A DNA stretch of 64,000 nt from Candidatus Obscuribacteraceae bacterium (GTDB lineage Bacteria; Cyanobacteriota; Vampirovibrionia; Obscuribacterales; Obscuribacteraceae): contig JBGAHS010000006.1 of the NCBI GenBank assembly GCA_044226015.1, forward strand, positions 128,001 through 192,000. Reading direction: 5' to 3'. Below, one piece after another: positions 58,719-64,000 of this stretch; position 1 is the first letter of the stretch, and every line of letters starts with the position of its first letter. The notes under the pieces are model-generated. The model ran no database searches. It was not told the origin of the DNA and saw only the letters and a list, made by a program, of their open reading frames with translations. The position numbers and the translations under genes were made by a program.

Positions 58719-60140
58719 CTAATTCGGATAACCCCAGAGGTAGCCTTGAGCGTACTGGACGCCCATATCGCGAACCACTTCGAGGTCTTCTCTAGACTCG
58801 ATGCCCTCTGCGACTAGTTCAGCGCCAAGAGCTTGAACAACTTTGACCAGTCTTCTGAGCAGACGTTGCTTTTGCTGATCAACAGCTATACCAGCAACGT
58901 ATTTGATATCAACTTTAACCACATCGGGTTCAAGCAAAATCAAACTCTCCAGCGAACTACGTCCAAAGCCCACATCATCAATACCTACAAGAATGCCAGC
59001 CTTCTTGAAGGCAGAGGTATGTTCCTTCAAGTAAGAAGGGTCACCGATGAATTGTTGTTCGCTTATCTCGACGCAAAATTCGCCAATACTCTTATCTTCA
59101 GGAAACAGGGCTACTAAAGTGTCAATAGGAGTATCGAGAATCGTGGAAGGGAAAAGGTTTACGTCAAATCGAGAACCCGGTTCCAAATTCTTAGCTGCCG
59201 CTATACAAGCTGTGAGACAGCGAAGATCTACCCTGGATAGAATATTGTTTTCTATTGCGACTCGGAAAAAGTCATAAGGCATTTCAAAAGCGCCAGCTGG
59301 TCCACGGCTGAGAAGTTCATAGCCAACCTTTTTCTCGTCAGCCAGGCGGTACATCGCATGTTTGACACAACGGAAGCAATCGCCCTGGCGAAGAACCTGA
59401 ACAATTTCGAGGTCACGTTTCGAAACTTCACTGGTGCTGCCTGATGTATGCGCTTCTTCAGCCTGCTCGCCAGTTGAAACGCGGTTCTTACCGGTTTTCT
59501 TCGAAAGCTTGAGTGCATGGCGCATTAATGACAAAAGCTCTTCGACTGAAGCGATCTCATAGGGAAGCGGCGCCACACCGATGCTAGCTGTCATGAAAAT
59601 GTTGTCGTTTGAATTTCTAATTGGACTTTCCGCTACACAGAGCCTGACTCTCTCTGCGATGAGCAAAGCCTCAGCAATTTGCGTGTCAGTCAGCAAAATT
59701 ACAAATTGGTCGCCGCCAATTCTGCCCACGTAATCTGATGGTCGCAATGTGGTCGTTATGCGCATGACCATTTCTTTCAGGACAACATCGCCAACGGCGT
59801 GCCCAAGACCTTCATTGATACGTCCAAAATCATCGCAATCGAGAAGCATGCCGACTATCGGAGATCCCGTCCTCTTTGCGCGGTTGATCTCAGCTGTAAG
59901 TATTCGCTCGAACCCTCTTCTGTTACTCAAATCAGTAAGTGGGTCGATCGTTGCCAGCTCATCAAGTTTTCGCCGCAGCTCGTCAAGTTGTGACTTGACG
60001 CTTTCAAGAGCTTCAGCCGACTCAGCCACCTCTCTCTGATGTTTCCTCACAAGATTGCGCTTAGATTTCAAGCCCGTGAAAGCAAACACGGCCAGGCTAA
60101 TTGCGAGTAAAAGTAGGATGATAGTAATCGGTTCGTTCAA
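58719..60140 (-). CDS. Membrane-anchored GGDEF-EAL protein
   Basis: TM, coiled coil, DPLTDLSNRR, RPSD..RIGGDQF, ELLSR, DDVGFG, AEGIE, QGY. Confidence 0.92.
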   Translation of the reverse strand: MNEPITIILLLLAISLAVFAFTGLKSKRNLVRKHQREVAESAEALESVKSQLDELRRKLDELATIDPLTDLSNRRGFERILTAEINRAKRTGSPIVGMLLDCDDFGRINEGLGHAVGDVVLKEMVMRITTTLRPSDYVGRIGGDQFVILLTDTQIAEALLIAERVRLCVAESPIRNSNDNIFMTASIGVAPLPYEIASVEELLSLMRHALKLSKKTGKNRVSTGEQAEEAHTSGSTSEVSKRDLEIVQVLRQGDCFRCVKHAMYRLADEKKVGYELLSRGPAGAFEMPYDFFRVAIENNILSRVDLRCLTACIAAAKNLEPGSRFDVNLFPSTILDTPIDTLVALFPEDKSIGEFCVEISEQQFIGDPSYLKEHTSAFKKAGILVGIDDVGFGRSSLESLILLEPDVVKVDIKYVAGIAVDQQKQRLLRRLVKVVQALGAELVAEGIESREDLEVVRDMGVQYAQGYLWGYPN

Positions 60141-60281
60141 GCCAGTTCCTGATCGGACTGCGCGACTTCCCTGCTCAAGACGTCATGTGCAGCGGTAAGC
60201 TCATACAGCTTACTGGTATGATTAACGCTTAGCAAAACTGTGTCAAGACGTCTAATTACCGATTATTGTTGATTTTAAGAA

Positions 60282-60497
60282 ATGAGCGACGAACAAGGGT
60301 TTGACTACATCCAACTCGACCAATTTTTGAAGCTGATGAATGTCGTTTCTTCTGGTGGGGAAGCAAAGCATTTCATCAAAGAGGGAAATGTAAGGGTCAA
60401 CGGTGAACCCGAGACTAGACGTGGACGGAAGCTGCGAAAGGGCGACCTGGTCGAGATAGGTGGACAAAAATTTACCGTCCAAGAGCTCGGTAAATAG
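60282..60497 (+). CDS. S4-domain RNA-binding protein (YbcJ/YaaA-like)
   Basis: IQLDQFLK...SGGEAK..I..G.V.VNGE.ETRRGRKL..GD. Confidence 0.92.
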   Translation: MSDEQGFDYIQLDQFLKLMNVVSSGGEAKHFIKEGNVRVNGEPETRRGRKLRKGDLVEIGGQKFTVQELGK

Positions 60498-60591
60498 AGC
60501 GCTTGGAAACACCTTAAAAGAGCTTCAGGCTTTATAGTGCGACAATTTATTAAACTTGTTATAAACCATTAGTGAGTACTCGAGGTTTAGC

Positions 60592-61266
60592 ATGAAGTTT
60601 CACTCAAATATGTTTGGTTGGGAATACGTTTGGCGCGACTTTGCGGATAGCAAGGGTGGCAAAGTCGTTAGCGACGATACCAAAGACGGAGATCCAATCA
60701 GCGCCATGCACTTGCCCGTAGAAGGCACCAGTGCATGGGTCACGATCACTCCAGTCCGCGGCAAAACCAATAAAGCCAGCGGAACAATTGCTTCTATGCA
60801 CTATTCTCCTGCCGAGAATTTTGCATTTCGCATCCGCACCGAAAAAGGTGTGGACCAGCTTGGTAAAGTCTTGGGAATGCAAGACATCCAGCTTGGTGAC
60901 GCTGAATTCGATAAGTCCTATCTGATTCAGGGAACGGACGAAGGCAAGGTCAGAAACCTGTTTTCAGACATGAAGTTGCGCGACTTGATTCTCCAGAATA
61001 AGGTCAGCGAGCTAAGACTGGTTGCAAACAGTGAAGGTCTACCTTCTGAGCATCTTGTGCCAAACGGTCGTCATGCAGTTGTGTACAGTTTTGACCAGAC
61101 TCTCGAAAAATTCGACCAGCTGGAATCTCTGTATGCGATTTTGACATCAGTTGTCCACAGAATTGGAAGTATTCCAGCTCTTGCCGGCGACGATGTTGAA
61201 TGCAGCGAGCCAGTCGAAGAAGTGCATTCAAAGAAACTGCATAGCCCATTGCTCGACATGGCATAG
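60592..61266 (+). CDS. Hypothetical protein
   Basis: 224-aa ORF with RBS; GMQDIQLGDAEFDKSYLI motif. Confidence 0.7.
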   Translation: MKFHSNMFGWEYVWRDFADSKGGKVVSDDTKDGDPISAMHLPVEGTSAWVTITPVRGKTNKASGTIASMHYSPAENFAFRIRTEKGVDQLGKVLGMQDIQLGDAEFDKSYLIQGTDEGKVRNLFSDMKLRDLILQNKVSELRLVANSEGLPSEHLVPNGRHAVVYSFDQTLEKFDQLESLYAILTSVVHRIGSIPALAGDDVECSEPVEEVHSKKLHSPLLDMA

Positions 61267-61293
61267 AAGCTAGAAAATTAAGAGAGTGTGTCG

Positions 61294-61324
61294 GAGTGGG
61301 TCGAATGATCCACTCTCTTTTTTA
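61294..61324 (+). terminator. Rho-independent terminator
   Basis: GAGTGGGTC-gaat-GATCCACTC followed by TCTTTTTT. Confidence 0.65.
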
Positions 61325-62869
61325 TTTCAAAGGTTTGCTTTTTGTTGGAGCAAGTCTAGCGCTGTGAATTTCGTAAATCTTGCCGTTGCTGTTTTTGGCG
61401 GCTTGGACAAGATCCACGTAGGGCACATCGCAGACAGAGACAAATCCATTAAATGAGTTCTCGCCGTCACCTCGTCCAGCAAGTGGCTCATCAATGTATT
61501 GAAAGTAATGAGTTCCAACAATAAAAGGCTTTGAAGCTGCTGTTTCGACATAGTAACTATATGCGATACCACGTTCTTTCTGGCTTTTGACAGGAACGTA
61601 TGCTGCCATAAGACCTTCATCTATACTGTCAAAGGCAAATTCACCTATCAAAATTGGCTTAGCTGTCATTTTATAGTAGCGATCAGAATCCTTGCTAAGC
61701 GAATAATCGTAATGGTTGAAACTGAGCACATCTGTGTACTTTGCACTTGCAATTACAATGTCATCAGACGGTGCAGCTATGCGACTCCCAAGAATCAAGT
61801 GATTAGGATCTGCCGACTTCATTGCTTTGTACCATCCAGAGTAAAAGCGTTCAGCAAAAGTGCGCCGAAACACTTTCATATCAGATTCAGCTTTTTGACT
61901 TGGCTTTAGACTCCAGCGTAGCTCATCAAATGACCGGGCAGAACATTTCCAAGCCTGGCATAGATTTGTGATGTTGCCATATTCTTTTTGCAGATGGGAA
62001 ATCCAGTATTTTCTGCATGGTTGAGATGGCTTAAGAGCTAAGACATCTGACGCAAGATTCCACCAGGGCATTTCGTTGTCGAGAAAATAGCCGACGAGGT
62101 ACTTATCATTCTTGTGTGAAGACATTTTTGATGCGACTCGCAAAGCTTCTGATTCAAAATTAGCCTCGAAGGGATCAGCAATATCACCATCAATGTAAGT
62201 TACATTTTTTAGCTCCCACATGGGTGGACCCATGCTCACATACGGAAAGGACGGAAGTTTTTCAGACCAATTCCCTGTGCCAGTGAAGCTCCAATCAATA
62301 CAACGTCTCAACCCTCTCTCTTCGAATTTTCTCGTCCAATCTTTCTTGTATTTTCGAATCAAATTACAGACATAGAATGACAGCTGCCCGCTTTTGTCGT
62401 AGCCGTCTGCAAATTCGGACTTACTGGCAGGAAGCCACTCGTAGTACTTCCTCTTTGCCTTATCTATGACTGTGTGTGCCCCGGCTCCCAAGCAGTCTAG
62501 CCCCAAGGAATAATACAACCGACCAGTAGGGGCAATAAACCACCATCTATCGCCAATTTTTTCGACCCTAAAAAAGCCCGTTGCCCTCCTCGCCCCCTCT
62601 GCTTTCCATGCTTGAAACTCGTCGCGTGAATAATCTTTCTTGCTTGCGTTAAGAGTCGCTAGCTCTTTGTTTTCCAGCTTAATCAGGCTATTTTCGTCTG
62701 CCACTTTGCCTGACCAGCTCGTATTCTTATTCTGACCAAATTTATCTATCCAAACATGGTCAGGAAACTCCAACTTAATATGGTCAATCTCATTAGCATG
62801 CACCGTATTTAGTGCCCTACTCATGAATAGAATTGCTGTGCAAAGAACCCAGCCATAATTCTTTTGCAT
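61322..62869 (-). CDS. Secreted GH50-like glycoside hydrolase (agarase-like)
   Basis: ATGFFRVEK..RWW, GYFLDNE, DPNHLILGSR, PILIGEF, HYFQYIDEP..GR.DGEN. Confidence 0.8.
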   Translation of the reverse strand: MQKNYGWVLCTAILFMSRALNTVHANEIDHIKLEFPDHVWIDKFGQNKNTSWSGKVADENSLIKLENKELATLNASKKDYSRDEFQAWKAEGARRATGFFRVEKIGDRWWFIAPTGRLYYSLGLDCLGAGAHTVIDKAKRKYYEWLPASKSEFADGYDKSGQLSFYVCNLIRKYKKDWTRKFEERGLRRCIDWSFTGTGNWSEKLPSFPYVSMGPPMWELKNVTYIDGDIADPFEANFESEALRVASKMSSHKNDKYLVGYFLDNEMPWWNLASDVLALKPSQPCRKYWISHLQKEYGNITNLCQAWKCSARSFDELRWSLKPSQKAESDMKVFRRTFAERFYSGWYKAMKSADPNHLILGSRIAAPSDDIVIASAKYTDVLSFNHYDYSLSKDSDRYYKMTAKPILIGEFAFDSIDEGLMAAYVPVKSQKERGIAYSYYVETAASKPFIVGTHYFQYIDEPLAGRGDGENSFNGFVSVCDVPYVDLVQAAKNSNGKIYEIHSARLAPTKSKPLK

Positions 62870-62872
62870 CAG

Positions 62873-64000
62873 CTATTTATTCTTTTGCGCAGCTGCAGCA
62901 GGCTTACTTGTACTGTTTTTTGCAGCCCCAGCAAGATTCGCGACCTTCACAGAGTTCATGATTTGCCAGAACGCTGGTGCGAGCCTGCGGTAATCGTTTT
63001 TAGGGCACCAGCCTCTCAAGTCGTAAACCGCACCGGGGTTACCAAAATAGCAATGCATCTCGTAATAGTCTTCACCGCTTTCATGTGGATAAGAGACTAC
63101 GACTAACGCTCCTCTGTAGCTACCCTGACCAATTTCGGCTTGCTCATATCGTTCAAACTTGCAACCGCCATAATTGAAAGTTTTCCTCTGCCCTAGAGCT
63201 AGCTCGGCCGCTGAAGACTTGCCAGCGTGATAATAAAACTCGATATTATTTTCGAAGCGACTCGCTCTTGAACTCAAGCGCAACAGTTTGCCATCTTTGT
63301 GGATAACATCCTCGTCCACAACCCATCCATTCGGAATGTCGAAGCTATATCCATACTTCACTGAACTGAACCTCGGTCCACATGCCTTAGGTGCATCTTT
63401 CTGCGTTAGCGAGGATGACTTATTTTTGTCAACTGCCTCTTGAATCGACGCAAACGTTGCTGTTGATGTCTTGCTTTCACTCTGGCTAGACTCTACCTTA
63501 GGTTCGACCGGAACAGCTGCTGCCAGTTTATTGTCAGTTTCAGGTGAAGAGCCGGCTGAAGCATCGTTCGTATTGGCGTTGTTTGAACCTTCGTCTCGTT
63601 TGACTATTCTCAATGAATCCAAATACTCTTCCATTGAGATAAGGTTAGATGCAAGAGCTTTGACCTCAGCTCTGGTTACAATTACTTCGTTGAAAGAACC
63701 TTTGCCATCCGGCTCATAGAAGTCCACAGTCAGACGCGCAAGACCAAAATCGTTATTGATAAAGAGCTCTTTTGCCATAAGTGTAGCGTCAATTTTGCAG
63801 TCCTTTTTGCGATCTTTCGACTCCTTAAATCCATATGTCGAAACAACAGCCTCTCCTCCTCCTACTTTTGCCAATATTTTGACGCCAGGAGCAACCAGCT
63901 GTTTCTTCTCGATTGCATCAATCACTTTTTTTTCATCGACTTCAGCAGCAAAGGCAACGCTGGACAGAGCTGACAATACTAGCAAAAGAGTCAGGAGTAT
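62873..64000 (-). CDS. Secreted hypothetical protein (DCKIDA domain plus PsbP-like C-domain); start lies beyond the window
   Basis: Frame is open to 64000 (ILLTLLLVLSALSSVAFA); C-terminal YGYSFDIPNGW...F.QIMNSV. Confidence 0.65.
   Translation of the reverse strand: MLLTLLLVLSALSSVAFAAEVDEKKVIDAIEKKQLVAPGVKILAKVGGGEAVVSTYGFKESKDRKKDCKIDATLMAKELFINNDFGLARLTVDFYEPDGKGSFNEVIVTRAEVKALASNLISMEEYLDSLRIVKRDEGSNNANTNDASAGSSPETDNKLAAAVPVEPKVESSQSESKTSTATFASIQEAVDKNKSSSLTQKDAPKACGPRFSSVKYGYSFDIPNGWVVDEDVIHKDGKLLRLSSRASRFENNIEFYYHAGKSSAAELALGQRKTFNYGGCKFERYEQAEIGQGSYRGALVVVSYPHESGEDYYEMHCYFGNPGAVYDLRGWCPKNDYRRLAPAFWQIMNSVKVANLAGAAKNSTSKPAAAAQKNK

Overview
A 64-kb bacterial chromosomal window, roughly 45% GC by eye, with about 55 CDSs. 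It is most consistent with a non-photosynthetic cyanobacterial relative (Melainabacteria/Vampirovibrionia, Obscuribacterales-like). That placement is inferred from a cyanobacterial-type MgdA, fabZ-lpxA, several eukaryote-like Ser/Thr kinases and the absence of photosynthesis genes. Housekeeping genes (minC 5' part, anmK, coaX, acpS, fabZ, lpxA, folE, a PerR-like Fur with rubrerythrin) are interspersed with accessory genes, including a Type II-like R-M pair. A 28-bp XerCD dif-like site at 11432-11459 suggests the replication terminus region. The two most interesting signals are these. (1) A dispersed set of about 10 proteins with no Sec signal carries toxin/effector-like domains (two EF-hand calpains, an anthrax-lethal-factor-like peptidase, a ChaN/Tiki-fold protein, a scramblase-like protein, LysM, a lysozyme-like protein). 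They share a disordered N-terminal leader ending in a short LPxLxI/L- or GxLxF-like motif, a candidate unknown secretion signal. (2) An operon of four paralogous small secreted glycine-zipper hairpin proteins belongs to no family I recognise. No rRNA, tRNA, CRISPR array or intact transposase was found.
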